Shown here: piece after piece, positions 37,401-49,700 of the stretch | How the letters are laid out: the number at the start of each line of letters is the position of its first letter | Numbering within the stretch: position 1 is the first letter of the stretch | Source: Enoplolaimus lenunculus | Taxonomy: Eukaryota | DNA: 64,000 bases | Direction: 5' to 3' | Assembly: GCA_030248215.1 (NCBI GenBank) | Contig: JASANG010001204.1 | Coordinates: forward strand, 1 to 64,000 | Position numbers and translations under genes: made by a program | The notes under the pieces: generated by a model | The model's input: the letters and a program-made list of their open reading frames with translations, nothing else | Databases searched by the model: none | What the model was told of the DNA's origin: nothing

Positions 37401-38888
37401 ATCAAATGCGTACAGCGCAAAGTTTCATATTCATGCAATGTTAACTCAAACATATCTCTCAAGTTCGGAATTGAACCAGGGACTGTGATGGAAGATTAGC
37501 TCAAAGGGACTCTCACGTCTTAAGAAGCATTTGTCTGCGATACGCACTATATGAACTTTTCATTGCATTGCTTCTTGTGCGCGCAACTTGTAGTGAAGTG
37601 CCGACGTTACCGACCCTGTCCCCACCTAAGGAAAAGCCTCGGGCACGGTGAACCCTCGATATACCCGATCATTAAAAATGAGTTCAAAAAATTTACTCCT
37701 TCGGCGTAATTTCTCTTGTTTGATCAGCTGCCACGTCCCTGAATGATACAATGCAGGGAGCCACTCATATCACATGTGGGAGGGAGGTCGGATACCCCTG
37801 CCGAGGTCTTGTTGTAGTGTTAAATATATGATATTGTATTCTGGATACAATTAAATACTAGAAGGCATGTTCGTTCGTACGCTTATGGGTCATCCACGTT
37901 ATAATGCGCTCGCTAAGTTAAAAATTTGTCCAACCACCCGGTAGGAATCTGTGTACAAATTGAATGTGTATCTAGCGCGTAGGTACAATTTTATGCTGTA
38001 CGTAGACACTATTAATTGTCCCGACACTGTCCGAAGGGAGTCTGGACAAAAGGTAAAAAAATTAAGCATAATCAATAAGTGTATATGTGTGTTTGTGTTG
38101 TTGTTATCTATGTTTGCGATGCTATATGAACACAGTGCAATATGGGTCCTCGTTAGGGCTACCGGACATTATAGTGGTCTCGCAATAGTGTGTTAAAGCG
38201 ACGACGGGTCTTACTAAGACCCAGATATTTTTTTGCAGTAGCGCGTGCAGTATAACGTGGATGTTCCATTATGTACTGTTGACGTATGCTTGTTTTAACA
38301 AACATATCGTAATCATGGCACAAATTTCAATCAAACTATGCGGAGTTCACTTTATAACCGGCAACCGGGGCTTCTTGGCAAGTGTTCAGTCCCTTTTAGA
38401 CGATCGGGTAACATTTTGTCTACTTACAGACCTATCATATTCAAAAAGTTGTATCTGTCTGGTATCATCTTGTGTAGGGCGCCTTTTGTTCTTCAATATC
38501 ATATGAAATTCGACATATTGTCGGCGAATATCATATATTTTTTATGTCTGCATACTTGAGATATACACAAATTGTCCTGTTGAATATCATATAATACTAG
38601 ATTTGAAATTTGAATTTTTAAATATGACGCCGTATTTTTGCGCGATTTTGTGTCGGAAACGAATTTTGCTGCATCTTTTTGGTGTTTTAGTGTACATCTG
38701 TGCCTCTGTCGTACGACTTTCTATTCATTTATAAATACGCGAAGCCTGTCTCGTTGAATATTTTATGATATTGCGTTGTAACTTTGAAATATCATATGAT
38801 AATCGCTTAAATGTTCCAAAGTATCATGTGACATACCGCTTCTTGTACACACTGAACATCTGAGAGCGGTGGTTTGTAAGTTAGTGTC

Positions 38889-38967
38889 ATATGACATTCA
38901 AGTTACGCCGCCTGTTGACCGTATATGACATTCAAGTTACGCCGCCTGTTGACCGTATATGACATTC
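38889..38967. repeat. Tandem repeat, 34 bp x 2.3
   Basis: ATATGACATTC at 38889, 38923 and 38957. Confidence 0.9.
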
Positions 38968-39808
38968 CTAAATTTTGAAGTTTAACGTTGACGTCGAATC
39001 AACATGAAACAAACCGTGCCCCATCTGCCCGGTATGGTACTATTGTTTATTTGCAAGGTTTCTAATATTTTTTCTAAATTTAAAAAATTCCTAAATGGCT
39101 TAATTTTCTAATCATTTAGTCGTAACTTAGTTAACATCTTTTTCTAATTTTTGAAATCAAAATTAAAAGATGCAAACACCAAACCAATGATTATTAAAAT
39201 TGGACCAGATAATTGCAATACGGTGGTGTATTTTATGCTTGAAGTTTTGAACAAGGCGATACAACCTAGAAAAATTTCAAAGTTGGTATATATTTTTGTG
39301 TCGCAAACTGAAAGAGTATCTAAACACCTCTGTGCATTACTATGCATTTAGTGCATTTGCTATTGGGTTATTGTGGGCAGTGCCGGAAAAGGCAGGGGGA
39401 CTTTGACCAAACTTAAATGTGGGTGCCACCTATGCAGAAGCGCATCCAAGATTTCTCGGCGGCAGACTCGAAGTAAGCCAATCCCTCATTTCCGAGCTTG
39501 GCTGTGCGGTTACTATTGGACTTTTGAAATGAAACCATAATCATTGGAACATTGTTCGAGAAAGCAAACAGCTCATATATATAGTAAAGTTTGGCAATCG
39601 CCACATGCTGAAATAATTTGGAGAATGCATGCGGCACGCAACAAATCTGTTTTCGTCACCGCCCTTGAATATTTCATTTCGAGAAAGTATTTTTCGCATG
39701 AAGTAAAAATGTTAGCGAGCGAGCTGCCTAGCCAGCGTAAACTTATGTATTACTAGAACTTGGAAAAATTTTAAGGCCTGTCGAATCTCTGAAACCATTA
39801 AAAATCAA

Positions 39809-40009
39809 TGCCGATGTATAGAACAATGGCCGGTTCGTTTTCCTGCGGGGCGTGTATTAATAGAGTCAGTTTAAGCTTTAGACTAACTTTTTGCTTTCGC
39901 TTAGGCTTAAGCTTAGACTCAGGTACAAGCTCGTCCTTACGCTTAGGCTTAGGCTTAGGTTTAGGAATATGCTTATGCTACGTTTGCGGCCCTACTCTGT
40001 CAATGGGCC
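39809..40009. mobile_element. GGCC-ended TTAGGC-family MITE, diverged
   Basis: Internal (TTAGGC)n; right end CAATGGGCC; flanks AAAATCAA/AAAATAAT. Confidence 0.55.
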
Positions 40010-40360
40010 AAAATAATTACGCAGAAAGAATCGTGCACGAAAACTCTCGAGCAAAACGAACGCAACGACGCAATTCAAAACTACCACGATTTTTGTTGAT
40101 ACTGATCAGGTTGGGGATTGGAGGTCGGAGCCCAAATGTGAATTACTGTAGTGATCCGAAGAGGGGGAGGGTAATAAAAGGGGTCCCTATTTGGAGTCCC
40201 AATCAATAGGAGACCGTATCCCTAATATGAGTCAGCTTCAATACAGAATATATAACAGTAATGAAAGGCTGTGGAGGGAAAGTTAAAAATCAATAACAGT
40301 CAGTAGCCGAATAACAGGAGGGTACCATCTGATGGGGAATGGCTGCTCCGACCCTGATTA

Positions 40361-40430
40361 CGGGCCAATGGCGTAGTAGTTAGTATATGTGCCTTGCAAG
40401 ATGGAAGCTCAGCTTCGATCACCAGCGGAT
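40361..40430 (+). other. Degenerate tRNA-derived (SINE-head-like) fragment
   Basis: TGGCGTAGTAGTTAG (A-box-like) and GCTTCGATCACC (B-box-like) at tRNA spacing; stems do not pair. Confidence 0.4.
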
Positions 40431-40969
40431 ACAATATTTTAAATCCAATTGCACTGTCTATTAAATTGGGAGATTCCATATACATATTCTAACAACAGTA
40501 TTAAATTTTATTTACCGAACCAAGTATGAGCCGCTGGGAATTTAATACAGAATATAAAAATCATTTCACACAGCTTTGAGATGCTCCGGATTATCGTCAC
40601 AGACGCAATGTTAAAAACAACAAAATTGATCATAATTGAGTATAGAACAACAAAAATAAATAGAACGTAATTCGTACGACTGAAATAAAAGGCAACAAGC
40701 CAGGGAATGGCTATATCATTTTAGTAAATACCTGCTTATGTCTCCGTAAAGATTTTGTTTATAAAATTTGCGGTTTTATTTATCGCAATTGAGACTATGT
40801 TATAAATGCACGTTCCAGACCTTCATAGTCTATATTAATGTTCCTGTTCAACCAGCGGCGAATTCACGGAGGGAAGTGGGCTTGTAGCCCGCTGGCAGTA
40901 CTGCAAATGGTTTTTACTGAAGTTCTAATTTGTTTCCTAGTCAAATAGCGACAAAATATTGTGGAAATA

Positions 40970-41135
40970 GGCCCATGTAAAGATCAGGGGCGGAACGTTT
41001 TTCTGTGGCACTAGAATAGAGTAAGTAAGCTTAAGCTTTAGACTAATTTTTTCGCTTGGCGTAGGTTCAGTCTTAATAAGGTTAGGCTTAGGAACATGCG
41101 TATAATACTGTTCCGCCCTGTTCTTTACATTGGCC
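40970..41135. mobile_element. GGCC-ended TTAGGC-family MITE (Merlin-like)
   Basis: TIRs GGCCCATGTAAAGATCAGGGGCGGAAC / GTTCCGCCCTGTTCTTTACATTGGCC; TSD TGGAAATA/TGGATATA. Confidence 0.8.
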
Positions 41136-43522
41136 TGGATATACACGAGTTAATATTATTTGGCGTCTTCGGCACGACTTTTAAACTTTCAAATGCTAAT
41201 ATATTTTAAAATTAAATAGTTCAATATTATAAAACACAAACACTGCGCTCAACGTAAGCCTAAAACCGTCGAAATGTGGACAAAGGTTGGTTGTCTAAAA
41301 ATTTGAACTCTGCCTGACAGCATTGTGTTTTAAAATTTAACATGTGTGTTTGGGGGTATATGGCAAACTCGCAAAAAGTCAACGTTCAGACTTGCACAAA
41401 AACGATGTCGTACGGTTTCTTGGCAAATATTAGTAAACTGTAAGGCTAACTTTGTGATGAATCTAACTATTCATGATAATTATAACGGCATGTTCGCTAA
41501 GCCTAAGCCTCAGCATGAAATCAGCGGAAGGCTAAACATAAGCCTAATCCTAATCCAAATTTTAAACCTAAGAGCAAGCCTAAGCCTTATAGTGTTTGAA
41601 TCCGGTGGTTTGCGTTTCTTTAATGTGCAGGCCCCTATAAGTAACATGGGCCAAACCTAATAGCAAAGTGTGTTACAAGACTAGTATCACGACAATTCAT
41701 CGCATGACAACTCACCGAAAAACAGTCTGTATACCGAAATTTCGTGGACTCGACAATTTCTCACCCATCATTAAGTTTAGGCTTAAGGATTGTCCCTGGG
41801 ATTATGGTTAGCATTAGAATTAGGCTTATAACCCTGTCGGGCAACAAGTTGTTTTGGTATATTCGATATAAATATTCGTGTGAGATTATTCTTGGACGTA
41901 TGATTTCCAACGTTCCGATCAATAAACTACCAAAATTATGTCTGCTGTTGAAACATGGCTTTTGAAAAGAGTTTATAACATTAACTGTATCCTTGTGTTT
42001 AGCGTTCAAGGGGACTGATGTGCCGCTGGATGTGGATTTAAATGGGGGCACCGTGAAAAGTTAAATGTTGGGTCTTATAATGTAATAATTGAAAATTGTT
42101 TGCGATGGCTCACTGACGCAGTTTCTTCCTTTAACCAAATAGAGATGCATACGGATTGAGACAATCCCATATAAGGATACTTTTACTCATTTTTGATAGT
42201 TTTCAAGCAAGCATGGCAAATATTTCGGTGTTATTCGCGAAATAATTTACAGCTGTCCAGCTAAAGCTGCAATCACCCGCTCAAAGTTTCGCAACGAAAA
42301 CTTGCAGCTGCAATCTACAGCCGCAAGTTGTGTTTGAAAGCCCAACGCCAAAACTTGCACGTGTGAATGGGGCGTTAGCTAATTAGTTGTAAATTGTTTT
42401 GCTGTAAACATCGAAATATTTGCTATGCTTCATTTAAAAAATATTCAAAACGAGCAAAAGTAGCTTTTCTATGGGAGTGCAAATCAACTCATTAAATTAT
42501 AAAAATTGGGAGTTGTCTCTGGGGTGTGCAGAGAGGATTCATGGTGCCGCAAACGTATGAACTAAATGCATCAGTGAATCAACATTAACGATTTCCAACT
42601 ATACAGAGAGGAACATTAATATTCTTGCGAAATAATGGTCGCAGTGACACTGGTTGTAGAATGTCGGCAAAGTATCTATTTTTTTGCACCATTTTCTGTT
42701 GATTCAGGAGCATAACCACTTGTACAGCCGTCGCACACAAAGCGCAAGCATTTCAAACCACACTGAGGTATTAAGCACAACGTAAATATTAAATTTTCGA
42801 TTTTAAAACTAAGCCCTTCACTACTAAATAAATATTCATACACAAATCTGAAATTGAACACATTCTTTATATCACAAAGTTTATTGATATCACATAATTT
42901 AATAGTTTATGTATTATAGACAGTCATTGTTACTTTTAGGGGCGTACAAGCTTAAGCTTATTCCTAAGCCTAATCTTTGGCGTAGTGATGAAAATAAAAC
43001 TAAGCAAAAAATAAGTTTAAAGCCTAAGTTTATTTCATTACAGTCCTGCAGGAAAACGCGATGCCGCTAAAAGCAACATGGGGCTTATAGGTAATTATTT
43101 TTTTGAAAAAAACGTAATTTCAAATTGTCCAAGCAAAAAACAGGTTTAAAATTTTGTATATTTCAAACATACGAGGACTGTCATCTGTAAATTGACGGCA
43201 TACTTTTGGTTTTGATGGCGCTCGGGGAAATGGTGCGCATATTTTGTGTTAAGCGCGGTAGCATTGTTGGCGTATAACTGCTACTTGTAGCACTAGTTGA
43301 AGTTGAGCGAGGCAGCGATGATCTGAAATTATTTGATGACAAAGTGTCAAGTTTTTAAGTGTTTGTATTGTTTTGAGCGAATTGAAATAGCAAAAAGCCA
43401 AAAATTAAAGCTTAAGCTTTATACTAATTTTTTGCTTAGGCTTAGGTATAAGCTCATTCTTACACTTAGGCTTAGGCTTAGGCTTAGGAAAATACTTATA
43501 GTACTGTTAAGGCCGTGTTCTA

Positions 43523-43618
43523 CACTGCAAAAAATGGTGAATCAAATTGACTCTTTCCGAAATAGACTTTTCCGGACTACACACACTGAGTCAATTTGAC
43601 TCACCATTTTTTGCAGTG
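43523..43618. mobile_element. Tc1/mariner-type MITE, family B (short), nested in a TTAGGC-family MITE
   Basis: TA-CACTGCAAAAAATGGTGA...TCACCATTTTTTGCAGTG-TA. Confidence 0.88.
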
Positions 43619-43661
43619 TATTCATTGGCTGAAAGCAATAAACTTTTGAGTAAATAATTAC

Positions 43662-43769
43662 TTACGTTCCAGCCGGAATAAATGGTTTTTGTGGCAATCG
43701 ATGATCCAGTCGTGACAATTTTGTCCACTGTTCACGCCATGCGTCCGCTTCATGTTTTGTTGTTTTATA
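43662..43769 (-). CDS. Coiled-coil gene exon 9
   Basis: TTTTGCAG acceptor; YKTTKHEADAWREQWTKL...FIPAGT. Confidence 0.65.
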   Translation of the reverse strand, partial: YKTTKHEADAWREQWTKLSRLDHRLPQKPFIPAGT

Positions 43770-46700
43770 CTGCAAAACGAAAAAAATAACAATTGTTATA
43801 CTTACTAAAAGCCATAAACAACTGTTATAATACTTACTAAAAGCCATAAACCACTGTTATAATACTTACTAAAAGCCATAAACAACTGTTATAAGCTAGT
43901 ATCGAGTCCAATATTTATTGATGAAAATATTTTAAAACGGTTACATTTTACAGTGTAGTTTTTGTTGTAAATAAGTTACTGAAAATAGATATAGTAAAGT
44001 TTATAACCTAATTTATAATAGAGTAATCTAAAAGTTATACAAAACTGTTTTATGCATGAGCGTATCCAGGATTTTGAAGACGGTGGGCTGCGTTATGTTG
44101 CAATTAAATTTTCGAAGACGGATTTCTTGTGTCACCAATTAAAAATGTCCCTAACACCGAAAAAATGGGACAAAGAGGGTTTACGATCCATTAGACACCA
44201 GTTTAAATTTTATGCCAATGACAGCCTCGATAAACGAGTAACGCATAAATATTAAACACGATGTATTATAATTTGCGACCTTTTATCAATGCGAAAGTGA
44301 CACACAGCGTTGCTGTTGTATTTAGCGCTAAATCTTGTTACAAAATTTTGGTTTTGATCTCAGTTGGATTGCTATGTCCTGGCAACACCCGCCAGTGATT
44401 CAAAAGGCTACAAATACGTACCATGCCGCATGCATAAACAATTAAATCTTACCACCTGAGTAGGGACGTAACCCATCGCAATTTGTCGCCGCAACCTTTC
44501 GTGGCTTTCGTCCCGTTTCGCTTTTAACCACGCTTTGAACGCAGCTTCTGCTTCCTCTCGTTTCATTTGTCGTTTTGTACGTTCTTCTACAGCAGCTGAC
44601 TAGAATTTAAATTTGAGAATAAGGCACAGTTGCGAATAGGCAGGATAACGTGTTATACAGCGGACACATACCCAGTCCAGCATGTTATGTCACTCACACG
44701 TTATAACGCGTGCGCTTTGCTCACGCAACGTCCTACAATATAGTTAGCTGTGCGGATTATGCAACTTTTGCGTAGACGGTGTTGCGGACATTTTCATACC
44801 GTCGATATTTGCCTTGAATGTCGCACTCAACTGTACAATAGGTATCGAATGTCTGCTATATAGATAGTTCGCTTAAAAATTTTATTTTTCGCAAAATTTT
44901 AGGTTTCTTCATAATTTAGTTTTCCTCAAAAATTTCGATTTCCCGCCAAAATTTGAATTTTGCCGCTAAAATTTAAATTGTCCCGCTAAAAGTTGAATGT
45001 TCCCGCTAAAATTTGAATGTTCCCGCCAAAATTTGAATATTCCCGCCAAAATTTAAATGTTCCCGCCAAAATTTGAATATTCCCGCATAAAATTTGAATT
45101 TGCCGCCAAAATTCATATTCTCCCGGCAAAATTTGAATTTCCAGCCAAAATTTGAATTTCCCGCCAAAACCTAAGTTCTCCCGCCAAAATTTGATTTTCC
45201 CACCCAAATTTAAATACTGCCGCCAAAATTTCAATTTTTCTGCAAAATTGGATTTATAACCAAAATTTAAGTTCTTCCGCCAAAATTTGAATATTCCCAC
45301 ATAAAATTAGAATTTCCCGCCAAAATTCTAATTCTCTCGCCAAAATTTGAATTTCCCGCCAAAATTTGAATTTCCCGCCAAAATTTGAATATTAGCGCTA
45401 AAATTTGAATTTCCAGCCAAAATACCAATTCTACCGCCAAAATTTGAATTTTTACGCCAAAATTTGAATTTCCCGCCAAAACTTGGTTTTACCCTTAAAA
45501 TTTGAATTTCCCGCCAAAATTTAAATTTCTTTCAAAAGTTGTTATTTCCCGCCTGATTTTAAGCCACCATCACAGTTTCAATTTCCTGCCAAATTAAAAA
45601 GTCCGCACACTGTTCGCGGATTATGAATTTGTCCGCTACACCGTTGCCGAAAACGCCTAAATGTCCATCAATTTATGTCGCAAGTGATGCGACGAAAATT
45701 GCTTTTAATAAACGGTATGGACATGTATGCTGTCTGTTCAAAACGGTAGGGACATTGCATGTGCGGAGCGCACGCATTATAACGTGTGAATGATAGGGAT
45801 TGAAACCAGCTCAGTGGTCTCGCGAAGCTGTCGCAAAATTCCAAAAGCATGTGCAAGTTTTTTACCGGGGGCATGTCTTGATCAAAACATCAAAATCATT
45901 ACGCCTAACCTTTATCCTAATTTGATACTGATTATCTGATTATGCTTGAAACGACGAGCACAAATTAGTCCATAAATTCATATAGAAAATAAATCGACAG
46001 ATGAAACGGTTACTTCTAAAATCTGTATACTCTGTTGTTAGACTTCAACCGGAAATCTGCTTAAGGTTGGGAAATCCGATATTTTCACTTATCCGGTCCC
46101 GGTGATAAATCCGGTAGATTTCGCCGGAATTTTCCGGTATATTCGGTATTGTAAATTTTGAGAAAAATGGACATATATTCTAACTTATTTTTCTAACATT
46201 GTCTGCGCGTGTATTACCAAAATGTTCAGTGTGTGAAATACTCCATTATTTATCATACGTTTCCAGCTACTGCATTTGTTTCAGGATTTTGGCATTCTAA
46301 ATGGTGTGTTTACACCAATAATAGCGATAAAATAGCGTTAAAAATGACGTATCGCCAGTGGAGGTAAGTAATATGGACACCTTTGGAATTTAATGAAAAA
46401 CAGTTTATTTTATAGATTTCGACGCGCAGAGTTCAGTGATACCATTTTTGAGACGGCAGGGCCCCGGTTCAAAAATTATGCCTATTTAAACTTCAACTTT
46501 TCACAATATAAACCATGTACAAACGCAAACCAAATTTGTATAATGAATAAACCTGGTAAAGCTTACATTTTACGAACATGTCAATGATAAATACTTTCCC
46601 TAGCAACCTGTGCGTGTTTCACTAAATTTCGAGATCCACAACTTTTGAACCTTTGGTCGCAGCCATAAAAGTGGCACCGCTAAACCCAGCTCGTCAAGAT

Positions 46701-49700
46701 CTGTAGGATAGGTTACATTTTGTTAAATTCCTAGAGTAGTTCATAAGGACTATCAACAACTGGTAAACAGATGCTACACACATTTGAGAATATGGGTTTA
46801 GTTTTCTAGGATACACTTAAAAAATTAGACTTACATGTCTACCCACAGATTTCGACCGCCTTCGCATTTCCTCACGCTTTTTGCGTAACCACGCATCGTA
46901 TGCAGCTTCAGCTTCTTTTCTTTTTTTGTCGCGTTGTTCTCGTTCCCGATTGGCTGCTTCTTGTCGCTTTTCAGCCAACCATGTTTCGTGCCGTTGACGT
47001 CGATTAAGTTCGTCTTGTGACAGGCCAAATATTGAATGAATATCGACTCGCGGCTTTTCATTGGTTGTTGTTGCTCCGCCACTCATACTGCGTATTCGAG
47101 GCTCAGTTCGGTTGTGCGCGGAAGCGTAAGAAATTGCTAAAAGATGAATCTCTAACATTGCTTGCAATGGTAATTGATTTTGCAAACTTGAGTATATGAA
47201 AACGTTGTCTTAAAATTTCCCAGTATTTTTGTTTGACGAATTAAAATTTCGGTTACGAAAGGAAATTGATTTCACACATTTTGAAGAAAAAGTGATTTAG
47301 TTTTGCAATTTCAGAGTGTAACCGTTTCAAAGACGCAGTTGCCAAGCTGTAGATTAATTTAGTTCGAAAATTACTTAAACTAAATTCAATTTCTCTCTTG
47401 TGCGAAAATTAGATACCTCTTATATTCGAACCTGTTTGCCTTTTACGGTGCCTCAAAAAATTTCTAATTACCTTTTGATGTTGGTGGTAGATTTTGCAAA
47501 TTTTTACGGTGTTGAGAAGATGCCAAGCTCGCCGAGAATACGCTTTGATGCGTTGTACTTGGTTGCGACCTGTGATCATGCAGTACTGTTCCATTGGGCA
47601 GTTGTCCTGCTCCCGTTATAGACGGTTTTGCTGTCTGTACGGGCATTGTGTGATTTGCACGCACGGGACCGTTTCGATATTGTGTCTGATTAACATTGAA
47701 GCCAGCTGCGCTTGATAATGGAGACCGAGTAATTGTTGAGTTAGTGAGAGCTAAAATAAAATTTGCTCTTGTAAACATTTTTCCGCAGGTACGGTTAAGG
47801 CTTAGGCTTAGGAAAGGTTTTAGGAAAAGGTTCAGACATGAAGATAGGTATAGTCAAGGGCGTCGTCACGGCAAAATGGGACTTTACCCGTGGGTAAACG
47901 CGGGTCTGGTAAGAAATTTCAGCGGCGGGTATACCCGCGAGTGAAGATTTGTATCTGGTGAGTAAAAAATAGACAGTTAAAAGGTGCAAAACATACGCTA
48001 TTAAATGTCAGTGAGAGATGGAAACGCAAAATATCTGTGCTTCATTTAGGTGGTTTTGAAATTTTGTTGTTTCTTGTAAGCATTGTGGTGTAAAATTCGT
48101 TGGAGCTATAAGTAAAACATCTTGAATTGCAATTGTAGGGGCCCCAAAATTATTAGGTGCCTCCCAAAGAGAATTTTCTGCGGACGGCCCTGGGCATAGT
48201 TAACGCTTTTCCTATATGCCTACGGCTAACCCTAACTCGGTGTCCTAGTTTAAGCGTAGCGTAAATGTTGTGGAAGTGTACAAAAGCGGAAAATTTAGCT
48301 AACGTGCTCCATTTATAAATATGAAAACCGAAAAATTCAATGATGTCGAGCGGGTAGTTACAAGGGGGGGTAGTCCCTCCAAGAAAAGTTTCTACCTCGC
48401 TTGTAAATTAATGGAAACCTTTGTATATTCTCCTACTAAAATAACCTACTGTACCCCTAGCAAAGTATTCTAGATATGGGCTTGAATGAATCTAACTTTT
48501 CAAAGTTTTCGACCTTAGATGGTAAATTTCAACCTTCGAAAGTCCGTCGTAAATTACGCTGTATCAACCAATATTCGTTTCTAACTCAGTCTCCATGAGG
48601 GGCAAAGCAAAACAGGACTGGCCTCTCAGATTTTAAAATTAAATATCTGTGTCTGAATATAATGCTAAAGTTGCGATTAGGTTGTCGCTTAGAGGTTTTT
48701 TACAGAATTCACGCCCCAGTTTTTATATTTCAAAATTTGATACACTGCTAGGAAAACTGCTTAAAGTTTAATATGTAACTTAAGTGCCATAGCTAGTCTT
48801 ATAATAGAGTTTGATAACATTCCAGTATGTATCTCGGGCTTGAAAAAGATTTTGTTTATAAATTTTCGTGTTGAAATTTGCAGGCAAGGTAAAATTACGC
48901 TAAGCTAAACTAAACCATCAGTGTCAGCTCATTTTAGCAATGCTAAACAAGGCTTAAGATGTATACAACAGTTTGGCATAAGCACTAAGTCATCCTATTG
49001 CAATTCTAAATAGCCTTTTCCGTTAACTTACAAGGATGCACTTGGAATGCCGGTTTGGTCGCAGTCGGTCGCAATGGCGAAACGTTCGCTGTCGCCTTTA
49101 CAGCCGGTATAGAGTCTGTCTTCTTCAGGTGCAACTCATCACTATTTGATTTAAGCATGGCACTGTCAGAACCGTTTGATGTACTCGGACCGTTACGTAC
49201 TCTGGTTGCATTCTCACTAGAGTCATTCCGAGCGATTATAGAGTTTCTGTCAGAATCTGGTGCGTCTGACACAACTTCTTCTTCAGCGTCTTCGCCAACT
49301 GAATACTCTTCGTTTGCGGATTCGTGAAATGTTACACTCTCGAACGGAACTCCGTTCGATGTGATCGAGCTTCTTGGTTGCACTATATCGGTTGCTTCGA
49401 AGCTTTGACGCAGAAACGACGGGCGTTCTAAAATGTTTATAATTGTTTTCCTCCAAAACGTTGAGGTCCTAGATCCAAGCCGGTAGGTCTGCATGTTTCG
49501 GGTTACGTCTAGACGCAGTATTAGCTTTGAAATCACGCTATTCACTTGCATAGTGATTCCGGATTAGTGTAAAAATTGCGATTATTTATATGCCATCTTC
49601 TCTGTTTCTATCGATGTATCTATCTACATACTGCTGTTTTGGTAAAATTTAGCTATTTAATCGTATATGTGCTTTTCTTCAGCATTAATGTTACAATGAC

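Noticed and set aside
37610..37791. RNase MRP or RNase P RNA
   Set aside because: GAAAAGCCTC has no properly complementary 3' P4 strand; kept only as an unassigned structure.
43430..43490. True telomere or chromosome fusion site
   Set aside because: TTAGGC tracts are only 2-5 degenerate units inside dispersed elements.
44986..45479. Repetitive ORFs (KFWRE/IQILAG)
   Set aside because: They are translations of the 20-bp minisatellite.
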